From: an uncultured Gammaproteobacteria bacterium
GTDB taxonomy: Bacteria > Pseudomonadota > Gammaproteobacteria > Eutrophobiales > Eutrophobiaceae
DNA length: 64,000 nt
Reading direction: 5' to 3'
Assembly (NCBI GenBank): GCA_943788815.1
Contig: CALSRS010000002.1
Coordinates: 230,636 to 294,635, forward strand
Below the pieces are notes generated by a model that was not told where the DNA came from, searched no databases, and was given only the letters and a program-made list of their open reading frames with translations. Positions 1 through 8,563 of this stretch are shown in pieces (positions within the stretch are counted from its first letter, which is position 1; each line of letters starts with the position of its first letter). Both the position numbers and the translations under genes were made by a program.

Positions 1-1462
1 AAATATTAAAATTATCATTGATAGGTCAACTTCAAAAATCTCAAGCAATATTAATCACGCCATAGAATTAATGCACGACGGCTACACCATATTCCTTGAA
101 CCTACTGATGTCTTAACTTCACATGCCTTATATCTGTTCGCATTACAAACGATAAACAAAAATGACTTGAAATTAATCTATTCTGATCATGACCAGATAG
201 ATAATTATGGCATATTAGATAATCCCGCTTTTAAATCTGACTGGAATTACGATCTCTTTTTAGGAAAGAATTACATAAAATATTTATCCTGTTATGAAAC
301 AAGCCTGTTAAAAACAATATTCGCAGAATCCGATAAAGATAATTTCAACATCTATGATGACCTGAGTTTACTATTCGTTGAAAAAATCTCATCTAATGAA
401 ATAGCACATATTCCGTATGTATTGTTACATCATAGAAATCTGGAAAATGACATAAATTATAATAAGGATCTTGAAGTTTTACATAATGACAATTCACTAA
501 CCTCACATCTAAATAGAACAGACCAAAATGCCAGTGCCATTAAATCAGAATATGGACATTGGATAAAAAGAAATCCACCCTCCCCGGACCCATTAATAAG
601 TTTAATTGTTTTAACTCGTGACAGAGTTGCATTATTGTCGAACTGCATCAATGGCTTACTAAATCATACTGATTATAACAATATTGAAATCATCATTATT
701 GACAACGGCAGCCAGGAAGAATCGACCCTCACTTATCTGGAATCTCTTGAATCTCATAGCACAATAAAAATAATTAGAGACGACAGCGAATTTAATTTCT
801 CAGAATTAAATAATATTGCGTTAAATTATGCGACTGGTGACTATATTGGCCTGATAAATAACGACATTTCTGTAATTAAGCCCCATTGGCTTACAGAGAT
901 GATGGGACACTTATGTAGAGAGGACGTTGGGATTGTTGGTGCAAAACTACTATATGAAGATAATACTATTCAGCATGCAGGTGTCACTATTGGCCTGGGG
1001 GGCGTTGCTGGACACAGTTTTAGATACTCACCTCAACATTATCGAGGATATGATGACCGATTAATATTATGCCACGAAGTTTCCTGTGTAACCGCTGCCT
1101 GTCTCCTGACAAAAAAATCGATCTACAAAGAAGTAAGCGGACTTAACGCAGTAAATCTACGGGTTGCATTTAATGATGTGGACTATTGCTTAAAAGTAAG
1201 GCAAAAAGGCTATAAAGTAATATGGACTCCATTTGCAGAGCTCTATCACCTTGAGTCGGCTTCTCGTGGATCTGATCTATCACGTGACAACATTCATCGA
1301 TGGAATTCTGAATACACTTATATGAGAGATAATTGGGATGAGGTTTTAGATAAAGATCCATTTTACAATCCTAATTTAACGATTACTGACGAAGACTTCT
1401 CCTTGGCAATTCCTCCCAGACTAGTGCACCCATGGTCAAAATACACATATCTTGAGAAATAA
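1..1462 (+). CDS. Family 2 glycosyltransferase with two GT-A domains (O-antigen/capsule type); 5'-truncated by the window edge
   Basis: Frame is open from base 2 (NIKIIIDRSTSKISSNINHAIELMHDG...). Motifs YSDHD, IIIIDNGS, FNFSELNN, LINND, AFNDVDYCL and HLESASRG are typical of RfbC-like GT2 proteins. Confidence 0.88.
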   Translation, partial: NIKIIIDRSTSKISSNINHAIELMHDGYTIFLEPTDVLTSHALYLFALQTINKNDLKLIYSDHDQIDNYGILDNPAFKSDWNYDLFLGKNYIKYLSCYETSLLKTIFAESDKDNFNIYDDLSLLFVEKISSNEIAHIPYVLLHHRNLENDINYNKDLEVLHNDNSLTSHLNRTDQNASAIKSEYGHWIKRNPPSPDPLISLIVLTRDRVALLSNCINGLLNHTDYNNIEIIIIDNGSQEESTLTYLESLESHSTIKIIRDDSEFNFSELNNIALNYATGDYIGLINNDISVIKPHWLTEMMGHLCREDVGIVGAKLLYEDNTIQHAGVTIGLGGVAGHSFRYSPQHYRGYDDRLILCHEVSCVTAACLLTKKSIYKEVSGLNAVNLRVAFNDVDYCLKVRQKGYKVIWTPFAELYHLESASRGSDLSRDNIHRWNSEYTYMRDNWDEVLDKDPFYNPNLTITDEDFSLAIPPRLVHPWSKYTYLEK

Positions 1463-1519
1463 TTCTATTTAAATTGGTATAATATTACATTACTTACACT
1501 GGAAGTTTATATTTAACGC

Positions 1520-3019
1520 ATGGGAACTATCTATCTTTATGACCTAACCTGTTTAATCTATCAACAGGTATCAGAGACACCTTCAGGGACTATCCGGGTC
1601 GATTTACGTTATGCACACTACCTCATAACAAAACATAAAAATTCCACTGTTTTCGTTAAACAACATGGCAAGCAATTAATCATAATCCAGCATGACGAAG
1701 CTGAAGCGCTGATATTTCATCTCTTAAATAACTGGGAACTGGGATTAAATGATATACAAGATCTAAAAACCAATTCTGAATCAAACCTGGATTTCAGAAT
1801 GAAATACCACGGACTCTGGGATCCGGATCTTGATACTTTCTTCTCCATGCCATTTCATGACCGCTTTCATTTCTTGCTCAACCAGGAATTGACCGAAATA
1901 TTTGGGGTTGAATTTAGCTGGGTTAGAAAAATTCCACATGTATTAAAAATCTGGTACGCCCTGGTGGCTAGCCTGTCAAAATATCCTGCAATTTTTTTAT
2001 TACGTATCGGACAGTTTATTGGGGTGTTATTAAAAACTAAAAACCTGTTTATTGCGTATCGATTTATAATGAGCGGCCGCAAAAATAATGACTACCTGAT
2101 TGATGATATCCAAAAACATAGTAATAGAAATTATTTATATATCTATACGGCATATAACAGAGGATTTCCATTCAATGCATTGGAGGCCATTAGTGCTACA
2201 GCACCCCTGGAATATTGCGTATTTATTCATGATTTAATTATTATTTATTATTCTGAATATTTTCTACCGGTTAATAATCATGAACAAATCAACTGGATGA
2301 AACACCTGCTCACGCTAAAACCTAAAATTATTGCCAACTCAGATGAGACAAAAAAGTATCTGAATCGTTTTGCTGAAGATAATGATAGAGAATATAGTGA
2401 AATATTAACAGCCTATATTGGTGTTGAACCCTGTTTCTTGAATCAAGCTAAAAACTTGCCATCCAAATCAGAAAAAAATTATTTTGTTGTTATTGCCACA
2501 ATCGAGCCAAGAAAAAACCATTTATTATTATTAAATATATGGCGTGACATGGCACAGAATAGATTACTCGACCCTATGCCAGAGCTCTACCTGGTGGGAA
2601 AAAGAGGATGGGAGAATGAAAATGTCATCGACATGGTTGAACGATGCAAACCTATCAATGGACTCGTTCATGAAGCCTCAAACCTGAGTGATAAAGAGTT
2701 GACCAATCTCGTAACTGGCGCACGTGCCTTGCTCTACCCTACTTTTGCTGAAGGATGGGGTATGCCAGTCGTTGAAGCATTAACGCTGGGTGTACCTGTC
2801 ATATGTTCAGATATTCCAGAACTTAAAGAATCTGGTCAAAATATCCCGGACTATCTCCATCCAGTAGACGGACTTGGCTGGATGAATACCATTATAGACT
2901 ATTGCGATCCTGATTCTGCACTTAGAAGTGCACAACTTGCCAGAATGAATCTTTTTAATCCACCTACCTGGGAAGAACATTTTAATTTAGTTTCAGAAAA
3001 ATTATTTGACGAACAATAG
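1520..3019 (+). CDS. GT-B fold (GT4) glycosyltransferase, WcbB-like capsular polysaccharide glycosyltransferase
   Basis: Motifs HDLI..YYSEYF, ANS.ETK, TIEPRKNH, GKRGWENE and PTFAEGWGMPVVEAL (EX7E). Confidence 0.85.
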   Translation: MGTIYLYDLTCLIYQQVSETPSGTIRVDLRYAHYLITKHKNSTVFVKQHGKQLIIIQHDEAEALIFHLLNNWELGLNDIQDLKTNSESNLDFRMKYHGLWDPDLDTFFSMPFHDRFHFLLNQELTEIFGVEFSWVRKIPHVLKIWYALVASLSKYPAIFLLRIGQFIGVLLKTKNLFIAYRFIMSGRKNNDYLIDDIQKHSNRNYLYIYTAYNRGFPFNALEAISATAPLEYCVFIHDLIIIYYSEYFLPVNNHEQINWMKHLLTLKPKIIANSDETKKYLNRFAEDNDREYSEILTAYIGVEPCFLNQAKNLPSKSEKNYFVVIATIEPRKNHLLLLNIWRDMAQNRLLDPMPELYLVGKRGWENENVIDMVERCKPINGLVHEASNLSDKELTNLVTGARALLYPTFAEGWGMPVVEALTLGVPVICSDIPELKESGQNIPDYLHPVDGLGWMNTIIDYCDPDSALRSAQLARMNLFNPPTWEEHFNLVSEKLFDEQ

Positions 3020-3120
3020 ATTCAGTTGACTCCAATTCACATGGATTTCATCAATTGTAATTAAGTTAGTATCTAAGACTATTTATACTATCGGGTTATA
3101 TTAATCTCTCACTCTATTGC

Positions 3121-4020
3121 TCAACCATTAATCCTTGCCCTATGTAACATATACCATTGGTCAATGTTTTCCAATATCCATTTTTTCAAACGAATATTAA
3201 TCATCTCTGCAAAATATTCATCGCTCTGCCCTAAATACTCAGGACTGGAAAGATAGATTGGATTGTCATAGTTAACCTGAAAGCTGGTTTTATATAAGCG
3301 TTTACATAAACCTAATACTATTGGTGCATCAAATCTCCTTGCAAGCGTTATTGCATAGTAGATATTTGATCTATCAGATATGGTTCCATTAAATACTGGC
3401 GCTACAATTTTATTATTACTAAATTCATCCATGGCCAGTCCAACGGATTCCCCTGCAGCTAGAACTTTGAAGAGTTTTCGTGTCCCCTGATAATCAGGCG
3501 TTATTAAATCATAACCTATCCTTTTTCTGGCAGTGATTAATAATTTTCGCTGAAAACGATTGGGGATTTTTTCAAACATAACATTAAGTTTAAAACCCTG
3601 GTTTGACACGGACATGGCCAGAATTTCCCAGTTACCCAGGTGTGGAAATAAAAACACAACCGGCTTATTTTTATCTAATCTGTGTAATACGTTAAGATCG
3701 TTCTCTTCTATATTTTTTCCAATATTGAGTTTATCTAACACGGCCATTTCTGAGAGGGTACGGGCAATGTTTTGCCACATGACATCTGAAGTGAGCAACT
3801 TTTGCTCATTGGTGATCTCAGGGATTAATAACTGGAGATTCGCTGAGGTATCTAAATTGGCTTGTTTAAATCGTTTCTTTGCCAACTTGCCAACAAATGC
3901 ACCAAATCCTGATACCTGATTAAGTGGAAACAACCTGAGAAAGGAAAATGTCAGATAATCGATGCCACCCCAAAATGGATGTAAAATCCAATACTCAATA
4001 AATCGTAATTTCATTAACAA
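3121..4020 (-). CDS. LpxL/HtrB-family lipid acyltransferase (true start possibly ATG at 4014)
   Basis: Catalytic H(X)4E motif HLGNWE, C-terminal QWYMLHR and a hydrophobic N-terminus. Confidence 0.8.
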   Translation of the reverse strand: MLMKLRFIEYWILHPFWGGIDYLTFSFLRLFPLNQVSGFGAFVGKLAKKRFKQANLDTSANLQLLIPEITNEQKLLTSDVMWQNIARTLSEMAVLDKLNIGKNIEENDLNVLHRLDKNKPVVFLFPHLGNWEILAMSVSNQGFKLNVMFEKIPNRFQRKLLITARKRIGYDLITPDYQGTRKLFKVLAAGESVGLAMDEFSNNKIVAPVFNGTISDRSNIYYAITLARRFDAPIVLGLCKRLYKTSFQVNYDNPIYLSSPEYLGQSDEYFAEMINIRLKKWILENIDQWYMLHRARING

Positions 4021-4086
4021 TTATTTTCTAAATTTGGTATTTTACTTATATTAAATTTTTAATTAGCAGCCTGGATTATTCAACCA

Positions 4087-4908
4087 ATGATTTCTAATAT
4101 TCTGAAAATTTCCGCCCGTAATCCGGGATTAAGTTGGAAAAAACAATATAAGCGCCATTGGTTTGGCGGATGTTCTCTAAAATCTAACTGGATGAATGCA
4201 TTATCTACTACCTTCCCTTACGCTGAAAGGTTTTTTATAGAATCAGTCAAACAATATCAATCCCAAATACAGGACCCTGAGCTTGCTGAACAGGTAAAAG
4301 GATTTATCGGTCAAGAATCAGCACATCGTGTTGAGCATGACCGTTTCAATAAATTATTAATCTCAGAAGGTTACCCCGTTAAAAAAATGGAAGCGCGTGT
4401 GGATAAGCTTTTTAACTGGGTGAGAAAAAATCCTGACCCTGAAGTCAAGCTGGCACTAACATGTGCGCTGGAACATTTTACGACCATACTTTGTACAGAA
4501 GTTCTAAAAACACCTGCGTTTCATGAACCCATGCAGGATGAACATAAACGATTATGGTGTTGGCACTGCCTTGAAGAGATTGAACACAAAACCGTAGCTT
4601 ATGATGTTTACAATTCTATCAAGGGGAGTTATAGAAAAAGAATCATAGAAATGATTCATGCTTCAGTTGTTCTATGGTTAGTATTGCTCACAACGATGAT
4701 GGAATATCAACGGTACGATGGACGCCTGTTTAATTTGAAGGATTGGTGGGTGTTAATTACATGGGGTTTCATATGGCCAGGGCTATTAACGAGACTAATT
4801 CCTAATTATTTTCGATATTATAAAAAGGATTATCATCCATCTCACATGCATGACCAGGTACTTATAGAAACATGGCGGGGAAAACTGGGGTTTAATAAAA
4901 AAGATTAG
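4087..4908 (+). CDS. 'Predicted metal-dependent hydrolase' family protein with paired ExxH motifs (probable di-iron enzyme)
   Basis: Motifs FPYAERFFI, FIGQESAHRVEH, ALEHFT, WHCLEEIEHKTVAYDV and YYKKDYHP. Confidence 0.8.
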   Translation: MISNILKISARNPGLSWKKQYKRHWFGGCSLKSNWMNALSTTFPYAERFFIESVKQYQSQIQDPELAEQVKGFIGQESAHRVEHDRFNKLLISEGYPVKKMEARVDKLFNWVRKNPDPEVKLALTCALEHFTTILCTEVLKTPAFHEPMQDEHKRLWCWHCLEEIEHKTVAYDVYNSIKGSYRKRIIEMIHASVVLWLVLLTTMMEYQRYDGRLFNLKDWWVLITWGFIWPGLLTRLIPNYFRYYKKDYHPSHMHDQVLIETWRGKLGFNKKD

Positions 4909-4962
4909 GATTTAGCTGCAACTCAATTAGAGTTGCATACAAATCATGAACACCTCGCTTCA

Positions 4963-6345
4963 TTACTCTCGTTTTTTAATCACCATTGGTAGTCCGTTAC
5001 TCGGCCTGAGCGTTAATCTACATTCATATCCAGGAGTAAATCGTGGACTCATACTTAATGAAAAGTTCTGCATTATGCTAGCCAGGCAAATAGTCGCTTC
5101 CATTAATCCAAACGCCGCACCAAGACAGAATCTCGGGCCTGCACTAAAAGGAACATAAGCGTATTTATCATGTTTATGAGGCCAACCATCCATAAAACGC
5201 TCAGGGATAAAGTGATTGGGCTTATGCCATAATAATTCATGCCGGTGTAATAACCACGGTATCACCAGCATAATTGAATCTTTTGGTACATTGCGATCAC
5301 AGATAGTCTCTTCTTCCAGTGCTACACGAGAAAGTACTGGAACAGGTGGATATAGCCTCATCGCTTCCTCAAAAATAGCGCGGGTATACTTTAAACTGGA
5401 AATATCCTCATACCTGGCAGGTCGACCATTGAGGACGATTTTTAATTCTTCTAATAACTTTTCTTCCACATGGGGATATTGAGATATTAAATAGATAGCC
5501 CATGCTAAAGAATTAGCTGTTGTCTCATGTCCGGCCATTAATATGACGACCGCTTCATTTCTGATCTGTTCTGATGACATACGTGTAATCGAACTTTCTG
5601 AGTCTTGTACTGCGAGCAATTGAGACAACAAGGTGTTATTTCTCAATTTTCCTGCATTACCCATCGCTATGATATCTTCAACAATGACGTGTATTTTTCC
5701 TGCATTATGAGAAACCCGACGTCGTTGAGGCATGTTGGGTAACCACTTTGGCCAGCCAAAAAATGCAGACAAATCAAATTGTTCGACACTGGCTTGAAAA
5801 TCCGCAAATCCTTCAACAATCTGTTTAGCCTTGTTCAGTCCCAGTGGGTAGTCAAACATGGACTGGCTGATAATTTCAGCCGTCAACCACGCCATCTCTG
5901 GCAGGATCATGACTTCCTTATCTATATGTTCTTTTTTCCAACGATCACATGTATCTGCAACCACGTCAGCCATAATATTTCCGTATGTCTGAAAATGGGA
6001 TGGGTGAAAAGCAGGTTGTTCTAAACGGCGGCGTTCCCGCCAAAGTGCCCCATCACTAACAAACAAACCATCTCCTAAAAGTGGTTCTAATGCTTTGCGC
6101 ATATATGGGCTTTTTCTTTCATAATTATCGTTATTTTTTACGAGTACATGCTCAACTGTCGCTGGGCTATTTGCGACATACATATGCTGGTTCATCACTG
6201 GCCCACCAAAAAACTCTTCCTGGTAAGCCGAGGTAGGCCAAATAGAGAGTAAATCCTTGCGTAGCATCCATAATAGTTTGAGGGGCCCTGGGTAATCGTT
6301 CAAAGGTGTTGGCCGTACTGGAATAATTTGGTTATTATCAATCAT
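4963..6345 (-). CDS. Cytochrome P450
   Basis: I-helix AGHETT, K-helix EAMR, PERF and heme-thiolate motif FSAGPRFCLG. Confidence 0.95.
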   Translation of the reverse strand: MIDNNQIIPVRPTPLNDYPGPLKLLWMLRKDLLSIWPTSAYQEEFFGGPVMNQHMYVANSPATVEHVLVKNNDNYERKSPYMRKALEPLLGDGLFVSDGALWRERRRLEQPAFHPSHFQTYGNIMADVVADTCDRWKKEHIDKEVMILPEMAWLTAEIISQSMFDYPLGLNKAKQIVEGFADFQASVEQFDLSAFFGWPKWLPNMPQRRRVSHNAGKIHVIVEDIIAMGNAGKLRNNTLLSQLLAVQDSESSITRMSSEQIRNEAVVILMAGHETTANSLAWAIYLISQYPHVEEKLLEELKIVLNGRPARYEDISSLKYTRAIFEEAMRLYPPVPVLSRVALEEETICDRNVPKDSIMLVIPWLLHRHELLWHKPNHFIPERFMDGWPHKHDKYAYVPFSAGPRFCLGAAFGLMEATICLASIMQNFSLSMSPRFTPGYECRLTLRPSNGLPMVIKKRE

Positions 6346-6374
6346 ATGCTAATGAATTATATACGTTTTATCTA

Positions 6375-7157
6375 TTGGAAGGCATCGTAATTAACATCAG
6401 GTTCAACAATATCATTATTACAGGCGCCAGTAATGGCCTGGGAAATGCGTTAGCCAAACGTTATGCAGATTCTGGCGTTCACCTTGGCTTGATTGGCAGA
6501 CATCAAGACCGTTTAAATCAAACGGCCAAGTATTGTCGCGATAAAGGCGCTATTGTTGAATCAGTCAGTATGGACATCCGAGACAGGGAGAATCTCATTG
6601 ACTGGATATTACGATTTGATTCTAACTTTCCTGTAGACCTGATAATAGCCAATGCGGGTGTAATGTATTCAAGTGTCCCAGGTCATCCCACGGAACAAAA
6701 AATAATAATTGATGAAACATTTGATGTTAATTTCAATTCCGTCATTAATACAGTCAATCCTATGTTAGAACGAATGCAGAAAAGAAAGCATGGAAGTGCC
6801 GTCATTATTAGTTCGCTGTCTGCTTACCATGGGATACCCACCTTCCCTGCATACTCCGCAAGCAAGGTCGCAATAAAAGCTTACTATGAAGCAATTCGTG
6901 GCATCTACGCCAGAGACAATGTAAATATAACTATCGTTTGTCCCAGCTATGTGAACACCGATATGACCAAAACTTTGAATATTAATAAATTTATGCTGAC
7001 GTCAATAGATAAGGCGGTTGATAAAATTATTACGGGGATAGAGAAACGTAAACCACTGATCAGTTTTCCCTGGTTTCACACCCTGGGTATATCTTTACTG
7101 CGACTTATTCCTGACCGGATCGCTGATCGAATATTATTAATGGTCCTGGGGAAATAA
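6375..7157 (+). CDS. Short-chain dehydrogenase/reductase, WcbP/RkpH-like; start codon uncertain (TTG 6375 or ATT 6390)
   Basis: TGASNGLG Rossmann motif, NAG, catalytic Ser and YSASK; sits within a wcbR/wcbT-like locus. Confidence 0.88.
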   Translation: MEGIVINIRFNNIIITGASNGLGNALAKRYADSGVHLGLIGRHQDRLNQTAKYCRDKGAIVESVSMDIRDRENLIDWILRFDSNFPVDLIIANAGVMYSSVPGHPTEQKIIIDETFDVNFNSVINTVNPMLERMQKRKHGSAVIISSLSAYHGIPTFPAYSASKVAIKAYYEAIRGIYARDNVNITIVCPSYVNTDMTKTLNINKFMLTSIDKAVDKIITGIEKRKPLISFPWFHTLGISLLRLIPDRIADRILLMVLGK

Positions 7158-7202
7158 AAGTATGTGATTATAATCCATAAAAACTTGCACTGAAGTTAAG
7201 AC

Positions 7203-7237
7203 ATCCTCCACCTTACACCTCACTCTTCACCCCTCAC
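7203..7237. repeat. Degenerate heptamer tandem repeat, 5 units, consensus ACCTCAC (GTGAGGT on the minus strand)
   Basis: atcctcc-accttac-acctcac-tcttcac-ccctcac, in the gap between two convergent genes. Confidence 0.6.
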
Positions 7238-7242
7238 ATTTT

Positions 7243-8523
7243 CTATCCAAACACCTTAGCGGCACGTTCCGCACTCCATAAGGCGGATTCCATATAACCG
7301 CCGCTTATATAATCACCACAAAATGATATTTTCCTCTTGTCCATAGCATGCATAAAATCACAGGCCCGTTTGACATGGCCAGTAGAATGAAATGGCACGC
7401 CATAAGGATGTCTAGTTATATATACATGCTCAATCCATGAACTAAATCCGGGAAATATCGTTTCAATTTCATTAATACAACATGATGTAATGTCATCATC
7501 TGACATTGCCGCTAGCGTTGCTGATTGTGGATAGCAAACCCAGGGTTGAATGATGGACTGTCCAGACGGGACCATTTCCCTATTTTTTTGTGACGCATCA
7601 GTCAAGTAACTAATCATCCCCTCTCGTTGATGTAACAGAAATGACCAGACGCCTTTCTCAATTGGCCTATCCAGAAAAAAAGTTGGTAGTGAAAACTGTG
7701 GAATATTAATTTCATCAAGAAATTTATGGGCCTCTCCCCAGGAATCTGGAACCATTTTGGATGCCACATGAGGAGTAGTTGCCACTACGATATGGTCTGC
7801 CTTGATCACATCATTTTCCAATTGCACCCCTATTGGCTTCCCATTCTCTTCGACTAATCCCAATACTGGTGATTCTAAAGCAACGGGGATTTGCTTTGAC
7901 ATTGCCTTGTGTAATGAGGAGACCCCCCCTGTTAGCGACAGATATTCTGTAAAAAGAATAATGTGTATCAACCTGTGCATATGATGCAAGCTGACTGCCA
8001 TATCTTCAGGTTCTGACAATGCACCCACCTGCGTCAAAGGCTGTATGATACTTTTATATATTGCTGAATTTGAATTATCAATTACTGCATTGATATCATC
8101 AGCTTTTGCATAATAATTTAAAGCATACGGGTCCATTTCATATTTAATAAATGTCTTTGCCAAGTAAAGACCTAATTGTAGATTGCCCGCTACTCCATAA
8201 GACTGATACCAGGGTAAATATCGATTAAATAAAAACGAGCCTTTCTTTAAATTATCATCATAGATTCGAGTATATCCTCTTATCTTTCTTAGATTTGATT
8301 GCATCCCGGATTCATAAATAAAGGCCAGTGCCCGGCGATAAGATGAGTGGTAATACTGTGTGCCAACGTCGACAATATCTTGCGTACCAGGACGTTGATA
8401 GGTCATTGCACGCCCACCTACCCTCTCGCTAGATTCCAGGACTTGCACCTCGTGTCCTTTTTTCAGAAAGTAATGTGCAGCCCCTAAACCAGCAATACCA
8501 GCTCCGATAATGACGACTTTCAT
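7243..8523 (-). CDS. FAD-dependent oxidoreductase (amine oxidase/protoporphyrinogen oxidase-like superfamily)
   Basis: N-terminal IIGAGIAGLGAA, then E..ERVGGRAMT and DVGTQY; C-terminal CGDYISGGYMESALWSAERAA. Confidence 0.85.
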   Translation of the reverse strand: MKVVIIGAGIAGLGAAHYFLKKGHEVQVLESSERVGGRAMTYQRPGTQDIVDVGTQYYHSSYRRALAFIYESGMQSNLRKIRGYTRIYDDNLKKGSFLFNRYLPWYQSYGVAGNLQLGLYLAKTFIKYEMDPYALNYYAKADDINAVIDNSNSAIYKSIIQPLTQVGALSEPEDMAVSLHHMHRLIHIILFTEYLSLTGGVSSLHKAMSKQIPVALESPVLGLVEENGKPIGVQLENDVIKADHIVVATTPHVASKMVPDSWGEAHKFLDEINIPQFSLPTFFLDRPIEKGVWSFLLHQREGMISYLTDASQKNREMVPSGQSIIQPWVCYPQSATLAAMSDDDITSCCINEIETIFPGFSSWIEHVYITRHPYGVPFHSTGHVKRACDFMHAMDKRKISFCGDYISGGYMESALWSAERAAKVFG

Positions 8524-8563
8524 GATTTGAAATGTTTAAATTAAAAATGGAGTTGTGTGACTG

